Below, piece by piece: positions 39,962 through 51,589 of a stretch of DNA of 64,000 nucleotides. This DNA comes from Gracilinanus agilis. Its lineage: Eukaryota. Position 1 is the stretch's first letter. The number at the start of each line of letters is the position of its first letter. The notes under the pieces are model-generated. The model ran no database searches, was not told the DNA's origin, and saw nothing but the letters and a program-made list of their open reading frames with translations. Both the position numbers and the translations under genes were made by a program. The DNA lies in assembly GCF_016433145.1 (NCBI RefSeq), contig NC_058131.1:314393388-314457387 (forward strand). The letters are read 5' to 3'.

Positions 39962-40049
39962 GGGGGGGGGCGAGGGGGTGAAGGGGAAAGTAAAAACATG
40001 AATCATGTACCATGGAAAATTTTTCTAAAAAAAAAATTGAAATGAAAAA
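39962..40049 (+). mobile_element. Ultra-short L1 3' end (about 88 bp) with perfect 14-bp TSD
   Basis: TSD aaaaggcagaagat at 39948-39961 and 40050-40063. Confidence 0.9.
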
Positions 40050-40614
40050 AAAAGGCAGAAGATAATTTATTCATGGTTGCCTCATTGTTTTAAACATACT
40101 GATGATAACAATTCATTAACAGCAACTGTCAATAATCCTAATCTATTCTGGCTCAGGAAGGGAAGGAAAGGAGGGTAGAAAACCCTAGCTCTCTGCTCTT
40201 CCTAGGAATAAATAGCATATAAGACCTATTCACCTCTGAACAGAGGATACAACCTTACATGGCAGGGAATGTCCAGGGAAATCACTCTAGATACCCTTGG
40301 GAGGAGTCCCAGCTTATGAAATGTTTTATTCAGCAGTCTTCTGATCATTCACAGTAGTTGGTTACCAAGGCCTTCTCTTTGGTACTGACCTCAAGGTACC
40401 TTATACAGTAGCAAAGGCAGCATGGTTTACTGAAAATAAGAGAGTTCCATCTTTAAGTCCCAGCTGGGTCAAATCACTATTTCCCTAAACTAAAATATAG
40501 CCTAAGAAAATGAGGTTAAGAAAATAAAAACATATTATCATGCCTAAACAGGATCTATAAAAGCAAATTATATTATTTATAAAAATAAGTTGAAACAACC
40601 TCAGAGGAGGAGGC

Positions 40615-40815
40615 ATCTAGGTAGCTTAGTGGAAAGAGAGCTAGGCCAAGAGATGGGAGGTCCTGAGTTCAAATCTGACCTCAGAGATACTTCCTAGTTG
40701 TATGACCCTGAGCAAATCACTTAATCCCCATTTCCTAGCCCTTACCACCCTTCTGCCATGGAACCAATATTTAGCATCGATTCTAGGATTCTAAAAGAGA
40801 AATAAGATTTTAAAG
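40615..40815 (+). mobile_element. Mdo-type CORE-SINE
   Basis: ggcatctaggtagcttagtgg...cccttaccacccttctgccatggaaccaata. Confidence 0.85.
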
Positions 40816-41527
40816 GGGAAAAAAAATCTCTTGCACCAAAAATGAGAAATTTCTGTTATTAGGCATAGATAGGAAACAACTCCAGCAAAAAGACAACTTT
40901 TGATAATTTACAACAACATTTCCAAGATGGGTACCACAGAAATTCCCAACTACCTATCAAACTTTGTATCTAGAGGGCTATAAAATTATTTGAACTGATA
41001 GACATAATTCACAATTTGGTAATTTTACATTTTTACATTTCCTATTGCTATCCTGTTCCACAAATGTTGTTCTCTCTCAAAAACTCAAATTATTCAATTT
41101 TCATTCCAAAATGTCCAAAATAAGTGGTAAGAGATTTTACAACTCCTTGATTTTTACTAATTTCTTCAGGTATTTAAGATACTCCATTTTACTCTACAAT
41201 TCAGAATTTCCCCTTATTTCCAATTATCTCTTTATATTTTACCCTGAGTAAAATGAGACACTATTAAAGGGAAACAAGATAGCAAAGCTAGCTCCAGAAT
41301 CAAATGAGACCATGTACATAAAGCACTTTACAAGCTATGAAGCACTCTTGTCATCTGTTATTAACAGTATTCTTTCACCAAAACTTTTTGCTGATATCTA
41401 ATTATGTGCCCATGACTCTGGGTTGAAAGCCATGCCAGGGAATGCAAGCTATGCTAACTCCTACCCAAAGAAAGTCTTCCAGGATGACACAATGATGCAT
41501 TTTATGTCTAGCAAGTAAAGACTAGCC

Positions 41528-41930
41528 AAGGGGCAGCTAGGCAGACACAGTTGTGAAAGTGCCAGGCTTGGAGTCAGGAGTGGGTTCAAATATGGTATTA
41601 GATACTCCCTATGTGTGTCCCTAGGCAAGTTACTTAAGCTTGATTGCCTAGCCCTTGCCTCTCTTCTGTCTTAAAACTGATACTAAGGGGGGCAGCTGGG
41701 TAGCTCAGTGGATTGAGAGCCAGGCCTAGAGATGGGAGGTCCTAGGTTCAAATCTGGTCTCAGCCACTTCCCATCTGTGTGACCCTGGGCAAGTCACTTG
41801 ACCCCCATTGCCTACCCTTACCACTCTTCTGCCTTGGAGCCAATACACAGTATTGACTTCAAGATGGAAGGTAAGGGTTTAAAAAAAAAACTGATACTAA
41901 GCCAGAAGGTAATGGTTTAAAAAATTAAAA
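41528..41930 (+). mobile_element. Older CORE-SINE containing a young SINE1_Mdo-like copy (41688-41890)
   Basis: The inner copy looks near-consensus. TSD aaaactgatactaag at 41673-41687 and 41887-41901. Confidence 0.92.
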
Positions 41931-44860
41931 AAAAATTGACTAAGCTTAGGTCAGAAGGTCAATTCTAGTGTGGGAATTCTGGCCATCGAAACACTCAAAT
42001 ACTGTCTACCAAGTCATGAAGTGGTTGTGATCTCCTCTGGCATCCACATTGGCAAATAATAGATCCTTGAAGTACATATGTAGAATGATTATCTAGACTT
42101 AATGGTCCAGTCCTGTGATGTCATCAGTGTTGGGGTGGGGGGCACTGATGACATCTAAGTTACTTGCTTACAATACACCCAGAGCTTAGCACACTGACAA
42201 GCACACAACAGGTACTTAATGCTTGCTGACAGTCCCATAGCTAATATATACCAGAGACAGGACCTGAACCCAGGCCTTTCTAACTCTAAGGCAAGCCCTC
42301 TCTCCACTATGCTATATTGCTCCTCTATTATTAGTTATTATCATTCACAAGAGTCAGTTAGAATTCAGCCAAGTCCAGTGGGTTTGAGTATGTTGGGATG
42401 GCCTGTTGGTTCTACTCAATAGAAATAGTCTTAGAGAAGGTTGAATAGGTAGGATGATAACTAAATTATAAGTATCCTAAAGAAAGTAAACTATTTTTGG
42501 TTCCTCACTCTCCCTAGAGAAAGTTAAGGTATACAAGCAATGGTATCAAGGGGTCCCTAAAGGAAATGGAATCTCCTTGTTTTTCTTGTACATAGAATGT
42601 ATTTAAGGTTGAAATGAATTAATGAGTTAAAAATCCCTTAAAGTTAAAAGGGGAAAGAATAGATCCTATCTCCTTTGGCAACCAAAGTTCTGACAGTAGT
42701 GGAGCCCATGTAGAAAGCCAATGTGAGGAAGCGCAGATCAGCAGATTGGAAAGAACACTATTCATAGAACTATGGATCTGGAGGCAGAAGATAACTCAGA
42801 GGGACTTTAGCCCAATTCTCTCATTTAGGGATGATGTGACTGAGGCCCATCAAGGTTAAATGGCTTGCCCAAAGTCATAAACATAGAAAAGGGCAGAGCC
42901 AGAATTTGAATTTGGGTCTCATGACTACAACTTCATCAGCTTTGATGGTCAGGAGATCTTGGTTCTAACATCTATTAGTTTGGTGATTCTGGAAAAATCA
43001 CCTGGCTTCTCAGCCTCAGTTTCCTTATCTGTAAAACAAGCATATATATGCTGCTGAATGGATTTAAAGTTAGCAACAAAATTTAGTAATAAAAACCACA
43101 AAGTCCTCTCCCCAATGGCTCATCATACAGTGGAGATGACTATGGATTCCCAAAGCTTAGAAAATAGTTCTAAGACATCTTAAATGGAGCTAAGATTTTG
43201 AGTAGAGGTCAACAATGGGATGGTATCTGCAGGCATTCCTTGCTATGCAGTTGCCTTGAAAAATGAATATGGGTGCATTGAGAAGCTGGCTACAAGGTGA
43301 ATTTTTCTGCCTAAGGAACTTATAAGGTTTTATAATCTGCATTAGAAAGATCTTGATTTTTCAAAGTATTAATATGAAGAACATATTTTAACTAGAACTA
43401 GATTAACAAAAATCTTTAGTCCAATGGCAGTCCTTAAGACTGTAACAGATAAAGATATTTCAAATCAGCATGCCAGCTATTCCTGTGTAATTGGGGCACT
43501 TAAAGGTACTTTTAAATGTGTTTCTCTAAGGATTTTAGACAATTCTCCTATAATCTTATTATTTATTTATACCAAAAGCTACTGTAATTACCCATTAATA
43601 TACACTATTGCTCTACAAACTTTAAGTTCCAACCAACCTCTGTCAATTTTTAATTAGGGAACTTCAGTTAGAGATATTGCTATATTTTCTCACTCAACTT
43701 TACAGGCTTTTGACAAATTCTTATTACTGCTGTATACTGTATGTATATATCCTGTGGATTTTTTTCTTTAATAAGTCCTACCTAACTGTTTAGATTTGCT
43801 ATTCCCCTTTTTTGGAGAAATAGGCACAAGATGTTAAAATTACTTCCTGGAAGTAAACCAGTTTGGAACAGACTTAATCAAAGGGTCTAGTTTCCTAAGT
43901 CTTCCCTTCATCCCTATCCCCAATCTAGGTAGCTGATAATCATTAAGAGGACAGCTCCATATCACCACAGTGGGGCCACCTATCAGAAACTGGTAAGAAA
44001 ATTCAACAAATAATTATTAAGCACTTGCTTTGTATAAGGCAGCAACTAGCTGTTGGGGGAAGATAGAAAATTTTGATAAGAAACAGTTCCTGCCCTCATG
44101 AAGCTTGCCCTCTAGTAGGGTCATAGTGACTATGACCTGTTATTACCCTGGGAAAGAGAACTTCTTGGTAAAGAAACTCCCTCTTCAGTGCAGACTGGCA
44201 GCTTCTCTGCACATCACAGTTTTAGAGAAGTGCCTAAAACATTGAAAGATTAAGTGACTTGCTTGGGATCACACTATATGTAATGGCAGTAGTCCTGGAA
44301 CTCAAGCCTTCCTGGTTAAGAGGCCAAGCTCTCTAATCTATGGCCCACTGCTTCTGCAGGGGGATAAGATTTGTCTCCTATCACCATAATGCTCAATCTT
44401 AACCCATAAATGCCTTACAGAAGCACAAAACAATGGGCTATGGGAGGTCTGAAGGGGAAAGTCATTACCTATTAAGGAGATCAGGGAAGACTTCCAGGAG
44501 CAGGTAATATTTTGGTTAGAGTTTAAAAGATTAAGAGGGAGATGGAATATAGTTCAGGCAGAGAGTGGAGCATAAAGACAGCAGCAGGAAAGTGCTGGTT
44601 GTGTTCCAGGAAGCAGTGAAGCATAGTGGAAAGGATGCTAGATTTGTGTCAGAGGACTGAGATTTAACTTCCAGCTCAGCCACTTATTGTCTGCATGACC
44701 TTGGGCAATTCCTTTCACGTCAGTTGGCCTCAGGGAGATCACAGAGATTGTCTAGTCCCAATCCCTTCCCTCTCCCTCTTGCCAATCTCTACCATCCCTT
44801 CTAACTTTAAATCTATGCCTAATATTTTATAGTTGCCATGATCTCAGAGATTCTCTAGGG

Positions 44861-45044
44861 CAAAGATTCTTAAGCTTTTATTTCTGGTGTGTCAGACTCC
44901 TTGGCAGTATGGAGGAGCCTATGGACACCTCAGAATGTTTTTAAATGCATAAATAAAACACCAAGATTATGAAGGAAACCAATTACAATGATACACAGCA
45001 TTTTTTTTTTTTTAAATTCACGGACTCCAGTTTAAGGACTCCTG
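44861..45044 (+). mobile_element. hAT/Charlie-type MITE with perfect 8-bp TSD
   Basis: TSD ctctaggg at 44853-44860 and 45045-45052; degenerate TIRs. Confidence 0.85.
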
Positions 45045-45176
45045 CTCTAGGGCCACACAATTTAGAGTACTGGAGGGTAGTATGAGACCAGGCTGGAAAA
45101 GCAGGGCTTTACTAGATGGTTGAGGGTCTTGAATATCAAGCAAAGGAGTCCGAACTTTATTCTGAAGGCTATAGAG

Positions 45177-45352
45177 CAGGAGATCTTAACCTTTTTTGTG
45201 TTATAGATGGACCCCTTTGGCAATGTGGTGAAGCCTACTGACCCCTTTATATGCACAAAATAAAATACAGGTGATTTCAAAGTATACTGAAATACTTTTG
45301 TAGAAAAATACATATACACATAAGTTCTTAAACCCCTGGTTAACAAACCTTG
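45177..45352 (+). mobile_element. Second MITE of the same hAT family
   Basis: caggagatcttaacc...gaccccttttggcaatgtggtgaagcctac-like body. Flanks ctatagag / ctataaaa. Confidence 0.75.
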
Positions 45353-45608
45353 CTATAAAAGCATAAGAAAGGCAGCTTAGCTTAGAACGGCCAGGGAATA
45401 AGAAAAGGCACAAAGAAACAAGCCTTGAACATCAGAATAGCAAGAGGAAAGCCTTGAACGCCAACCAAGAGGGAGGGCTGGAGAGAGGAAGCCCAGCCAA
45501 CCGGGACTGGAGGAAGAACACTGCCCCTCTGCCCCGCTTCTTCTGGCCCCACCTCTGGCCCTCCCTACCAGCCCCGCCCCCGGCCCCGCCCCTCCCGCCC
45601 CGCGTTAC

Positions 45609-45667
45609 CGCTGTGTGAGGCTCAGCAGGCGGGTGGACGTCAGGTAGAAACCGCTTGGTTCCTCCAT
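45609..45667 (-). CDS. GARNL3: Putative alternative first coding exon of GARNL3: MEEPSGFYLTSTRLLSLTQ(R)
   Basis: ctcATGG start and donor cagcg|gtaacg in phase 2. It joins the acceptor at 28397 in frame (cg|c tcc gtc tca gaa gac = R S V S E D). Confidence 0.7.
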
Positions 45668-45692
45668 GAGGGCACCGGCTGGGAGAGAGCGC

Positions 45693-45725
45693 TTAAACTC
45701 CCCGCTCCCGCGGGGTAGTAGCCAT
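45693..45725 (-). other. uORF MATTPRERGV* in the CpG-island exon
   Basis: ccgATGG...TAA, out of frame with the MEEPS ATG and ending 25 nt before it. Confidence 0.5.
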
Positions 45726-45952
45726 CGGGCGCTGGGGCAGGGCCTGCAGTGGCGGCGCAGTGCCTCCACTCGCTCGGTCTGCTCCCACAGCCCGGGCCCC
45801 CGCAGCCAACCGCCGCGCTCTGGCCCCGCCCCGCGCCGCGCCCTGACCACCAATCGGAGCCTGTGGCGGCCGCCCCTCATCACTTGCTTGATAAGTAATT
45901 GGTTCCCTGTCAATATGGCCCGGCCCCCTTCACCAGGGCTTTGACCGCACAG

Positions 45953-45972
45953 TGCACGCTGGGAATTGTAGT
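45953..45972 (-). promoter_or_regulatory. ZNF143/THAP11 (SBS, ACTACAnTTCCCA) motif
   Basis: Minus strand reads actacaattcccagcgtgca. Confidence 0.8.
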
Positions 45973-46269
45973 CCACTGGAGAAGGGGCGTTGGTCTAGCC
46001 ATTGAAGAATCCTTCCATCCCCTAATGTTAGTGCTGGAAAGGACCGTGAAATATAGAATTTTAGAGCTGGTTAGGATATGGAACGTTAGAACTAGAAGAG
46101 ATTTTAGAAAACAAAATGATAGCCCTACAAGAGAACTTAGAACATAGAATGTTAGAGTTGGAAGGGACTTCAGAACCCAGGCACTCACACTAGCAGGGAC
46201 TTTTAAAAAGACCATTTCAGAGCTGAAAGGGACCTTAGCGTACATCTAGAATGTTGGAGTGGATACAGG

Positions 46270-46445
46270 GCATAGAAAACACACTGCCACAGCTGATAAA
46301 GATCTTTTCTTCGTGAGGCTAAACACTCTCTGTTGTTCCAAACAGTCCTTGTATAGCATGTTTTCAAGTCTCTTTATTAACTTGGTTGTCATCCTCGGAA
46401 TATGCTTCAGTTTGTCAATCTCTCCACTGGGACTTGGTGCTTAGA
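46270..46445 (-). mobile_element. L3/CR1 3' fragment
   Basis: Reverse complement gacaaactgaagcatattccgaggatgacaacc...tgtttagcctcacgaagaaaag. Confidence 0.75.
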
Positions 46446-46489
46446 ACGAAATAGAATGAATAGAGAGTTCCAAAAGAAAGAAATCTAGG

Positions 46490-47350
46490 CTATGCATAAC
46501 CATCTGAAAAATGCTCCTAATCAATCATTAACAATGAGAAAATGCAAATTAAAGCAATTCTCGGATTCTACCTCACACCTCTCATATTGGCAAAGTGGAT
46601 AAAAAGGAAAACAATTATTGAAGAGACTCCTACAAGATATATGTGCTGTTGGAACTATGAATTAGTACAGCCATTCTAGAAAGTAATTTGGAACTATACC
46701 CATAAAGTTTATTAAACTGAGCATATTCTTTGATCCAATGGTACCACTACTAGTGGTCTTTATAACCTGAAAAAGTAAGGAAAGGGGAAAGGTCCTATAC
46801 GTACAAAAATAGTAATAGCAGCTCTTTTTGTAGTGGCAAAGGACTTGAAACTAAAGGGTATCTATCAAATGGAGAATGACTGAACAAATTATGGTATATA
46901 AATCTATACTATATACATAGTATGTAAGTAATGGAATACTATTGTGATATAAGAAATTAAGAAAGAGCCAATTCCAGGGAAATCTGTGAAAATACAGAAG
47001 AAAGTGAGCAAAACCAAGAGCACAATTTAAACTATAATAACATTAATACTGTAAAAATAAACAAACAATTATGAAAAGAACTCTGATTAACACAATTATC
47101 AAACATGATTCTGAGGCACAGTGATGAAGAATACTACCCACCTCATGATTTAAGTGATGGACTCAATATGAAAAATTGAAATTTTTGGACATAGCCAATA
47201 ATGGAATTTTTTTAGGGTGACGATTCTTGTTTATTACAAAGGTGCCTCCCTCCCCATAGTTGGAAGGGGATGGAGAAATGGGAAGGAGAAAAAAAATAAA
47301 TCTTTGATATTTGGGGAAAAAAACACAGAAAAAAAGAAACCAAATAAGAA
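46490..47350 (+). mobile_element. Old L1: ORF2 C-terminus and 3'UTR
   Basis: gaaaatgcaaattaaagcaattctcggattctacctcacacc...ggaatactattgtgatataagaaat. Confidence 0.85.
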
Positions 47351-47363
47351 CCATCGATTAGAG

Positions 47364-47572
47364 CAGGGGTTGGCAACCTTTTTGGCCGTGAGAGCCATAA
47401 ACGCCACATTTTTAAAAATGTAATTTCGTGAGAGCCGTACAGTGCTCACAGTGCGAGCTCCTGTAACAGCGCCTGAAAAAAAAAATTGACTTTATGGCTT
47501 CTGCAGAAAGAGCCATATCTGGCCCTCAAAAGAGCTAGATATGGCTCAAGAGCCATACATTGCCATCCCCTG
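47364..47572. mobile_element. Young non-autonomous hAT MITE (209 bp) with perfect 8-bp TSD
   Basis: TIRs caggggttggcaac / attgccatcccctg. TSD gattagag at 47356-47363 and 47573-47580. Several CpGs are retained. Confidence 0.92.
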
Positions 47573-50500
47573 GATTAGAGAATAGCTGAATAAAACCAGG
47601 TATATGAATGTAATAGATTATTACTGCTCTATAAAAATTTGAAGTCAGAGAAGCAGAGATGTATATGAAGAGAATCAGAAAAACAATTTTCACAAGGATA
47701 GTGAGGGGAGTCACAGGAAAGTCAATTGATATGCCCTTTTCCAGAAGCAATGGCAGTATTGACTTGGTTGATTATTGTTTCCAGAGGATAAGCTAGAAGT
47801 GGGGTGGGGAGGTAGGAATATCAAAGAAATGCCTGAAAGCGAATATTTGAATAAGATATGGTCTGAAGTCTGGGTCTGGCTAGATATATAGTAAACCACA
47901 TACAGTGATGCAGCTGACTCATCAATCAGGACAGCACATTCTCAAAGCTGTTGCAAAAGCCAAGTAGATTAAGTCAACAAAGTGATTGTCTCAGAAGTTC
48001 TGGTGGTCCAGAGGGAAATGTAGAAAGATGAATGGGAAGGAGCAGGCTGAGGTGATTGTGGATTTGGATGTGAAATACAAGCTGGAATCTGGGACAGACT
48101 AGATATAGTGAACCTCATGTGTTTCCACTGGCTGACTCACTGGTATTTTGACTATCTGAATTCAGGCAGTTTCCTAGAGATTCCAGTTCTTCCTTAGAAC
48201 TGATACAGGAGAGCTTTGCCTTTGGCACCATAGGGCTTTCATCTCACATTTCCTTCTGAACTTCTCCATCACTGAACCTGAACTTGAGGATCAGAGCCTT
48301 CTACCCTAGCAGGGCTAAAAATATACACTATGTTCAATAGCAAAATATTTTTTAAATTATATACAAACTCAGGAACAACATATCAGATGAAGGTCATTAG
48401 AAATGTGAATTTAAGAAAACTATTTAGTCCTAGTTTTAAATTTCTCAAACTCTTCTTCCTAGCTACAGCTCCCATAGGGCCTAGCTCATCACATGGTCCT
48501 CTCCAGATTGGATGTCCTGTGCTAATGTAGGAAGCGTTGCACCCTATAGAGTATGTATGTGGGTAGAATTTACACTAAGGACCATTCTGTAGAGAGTATA
48601 TAGAGCTCCCATGTCCACTTTTGGAGAAATAGGTGGCTCAATTCTGAAAGGGCTTAGTGGTCAGATTGGAGTATACCCCATGTAGTGCTGATCCTGCACA
48701 CTGGCAACTTTTGTTGAAACATGTGGCTCAATACTAAAAGGGTTTGGCACTTTGGATGTCTCTTCAAACTCTGGACAGTTCTGAGGTCTCCTTCTTTCAT
48801 TTTTCCTGCTTCCCAGCCTCCAGTAGTCAAAAAGGAGACGTAGCTTCCACGTTCTATCTCTTTCTTCTTATCTCTAGAACATGTGGTAAGTGGTTTGACA
48901 TCCTTGGACTTCCCATGAAATATGTGAAAGAGCTATTGCCCCTCTCACATCCTGGGAGAAATGCCAAACTGCTTACGTGTGGCAAGTAGAACTGGGGCTT
49001 GGTTAGATGAGAAGACCTGATCCTTGGACCTTCATATGCTTTTTTTTTTTTTTTTTTTTTGCTTTGTGTGCCTTTTCCTAACCTCCTAACAATAACCAGT
49101 GTTCCAAAATGAACAAGTCTTGGAGGCAGCCTCATGTATTTGAGAGTTCAGGAGCACTTGGATCTTTCAGTTGAAGGTGATTAGCAACTCAAATTTCTAC
49201 TTCAGAGAGGATGACCACCAACAAGAGAATGAGCCCTATCTATGGCCTGACTGGCTAGAAGAAATGGACCTGGATTTGGTCAGATAGCTCAGAGCCAAGA
49301 TAAAATGTAAAATTCCTATTTGATAGTCCCATAAACTGTTTCATGTTCTGATGTCTAAGCCTTAATCTACCTGGAGGGTCTAATGGTAGCTATGTTACTG
49401 GCTTAAGTTTTTTGTTAATGTGTGCTTTTGTGGAGAAGAAATAAGTAGCTGTCCTTTTTTTCTTTTAATTTTTTTTTTAATCTACATTGTATAGCAAGTA
49501 CCTTTCTGCTTCTCCTTATGGGAAGATCTTAAACATGAGCGGAATTTAAAGTAATTTTCCCTAGGCTCCTGGGGGGTCGGGAGGGGGAAAGTTAGAGAGT
49601 GTGAGAAAGTACCTGATCCCTCTTTTTAGAGCACCAGGTTTCACCAGCATTAAACTCACTCTGTGGATACCCGGATACAGAGCTGACAGGATTTAGATGA
49701 AAGATGAAATCAGCTCAGAAATACTTTCGCATCACCCCCTGCCCTGAAGCCCCTTCCTCCCTCTGGTTGGGGGAATCACCAGAAACTTGTCATTTTTTGC
49801 AATCAATCAATGCTGAAATTCTCATTTCTTCAGATCATTTCCCAAACTATTTGCAGGACTTCATCATATTTCCCTAATCAAGTAGTCCTACCAGCAACCT
49901 TCCAGTTTCTTTTTATTTTATGTCTTTGTAATCCCAGTACTTGGTACAGTGCCTAGAATATACTAGGCACTTAATAAATATCTATTGACTCTTACTCTGA
50001 CTCTGAAGACTAGACCCAAAATGGACTTTGGAAATTCCCTGTTTGAAATTCCAATGGGGACTTGAAATAGGCGATATAGTTATAACAAACCTCTTACATT
50101 AAAACCCAAGTCAATATGAAATCAGAATTTCAAGGAAGATGAGTTACAATGTATTGTTTCTTCTCACAGCCTCAACAGATCACCTTGTTTCTAGTCAGAC
50201 ACATCCTCAATGTTGCCTTTTACATTGCTTCCTGCCTGTCATTCAGGTAATACACGATATCCCTCTTACACTAATAAGCATCTTTCCAGTAATCTTTGGG
50301 TTGATTGCAATTTTGAGACTTCCAAGATAATAGTGTTTCATAGTTTATGGCTACCTTGTGTCACTGGGAGAATATTGTTAAACAGATGAGGGGTTTTTTG
50401 GCCCTTGTTTTTGTTTGTAGGAGTGGGCAGAATGAGAGTTACTGGAAGCAATGAATGATGTCCCAAATGTGATCAGCTCCCACCTCTTCTTCCTATTCAG

Positions 50501-50806
50501 TTCTGGGCCCTATCCATCACTGTTCAGCTGCAGCACCTGTCTGATAGATAGATATGTATTGATGGATTAATTCAATGGACTGCCCATCCAGTGGCAAGTT
50601 GTAGTCTGAGTATAACACATTTGGCAAATCCATGTTGACTTAAATCATGATTTGCAAATATTATGGTTAGAGTGGAATAGATGAGAGCATATCTCCTGCA
50701 AATAAGAGGATACTTTAGCTCGACTTGAAATTTTCCCAGGGTTAAAAGCAAATGGGTACATTTGTGTGTAGGATAGGTAAATGCATATAAGAGAAGGACA
50801 AGGAAG

Positions 50807-51000
50807 GGCATCTAGTAGCACAGTGGATAAAGCTCCAAGATGGGAGTCAAGAGGACCTGGGTTCAAATATGCCCTCAGACACTTCCTAGCTGTGTAACCC
50901 TGGGCAAGTCACTTTACCCCAGTCACCTAGCCCTTGCTACTCTTCTGTCTTAGAACTGATATTAAGACAGAAGGTGAGGGTTTAAAGAAAAAAAGAGGAA
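50807..51000 (+). mobile_element. Mdo-type CORE-SINE
   Basis: gggcatctagtagcacagtgg...taagacagaaggtgagggtttaaag. Confidence 0.85.
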
Positions 51001-51589
51001 GAAAGATAAGTAGTATAAAAATGAAAACATTTATAATGAAGTAATATGAAATAGGGGAAAGGCTTTTTCTTTTTCTCACAAAGAATTCAAATTCAAAAGG
51101 AAAAAGAAACTATTGGCTCCCATTTCATCGCGAAGAGTATTCAGTTTAATTTGATTCAATGAATGTATAGTAAACACCTAAATCTGAAGATACAAAGACA
51201 AAGATGGATTAATCAACCAACAACTGACAATCATTTAAGAACTTATTCTGTGTCTGGAACTGTGCTAAGTCTTGGGGATACAAATAAAAAAGGGGAAACA
51301 GTCCCTGCTCTCAAGAAACTTATGTTTTAGTCTTCTCAGAAAAGCTTCCAATGTTTCTCCATGAAATAAATGCAATCTCTGGCTTTAGACAGCTACTTTT
51401 TAACACATTAAAAAGACTGAACAATCAACAAGCATTTATTGAGGTTCTACTGTGTGCCAGACACTTGCTAGGTACTGGGCGAAGAAATACAAAGAATGGA
51501 ATACTCCTTACTTTCTTTTTCAAAAAATACTTTAAAAAATTAAAAAAAACTTTTCAAGTAACAACTATTTTTAAAATTAATCTGTCCTG

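Larger units (their letters stand above)
45530..45995. promoter_or_regulatory. CpG island, the distal GARNL3 promoter
   Basis: The only GC/CpG-rich stretch in the window. It has GC boxes, CCAAT at 45850-45854 and ATTGG at 45898-45902. Confidence 0.92.

Noticed and set aside
45605-45976. 123-aa minus-strand ORF from the ORF track
   Set aside because: Long open frames are common in GC-rich DNA. It starts inside the ZNF143 motif, probably upstream of the TSS. Only the last 20 codons are supported by splice phase.
46055-46255. Repeated tagaatgttagagctggaagggacc-like units that look like a spaced array
   Set aside because: They are degenerate MIR3/L3-type terminal repeats with irregular spacing, not CRISPR.
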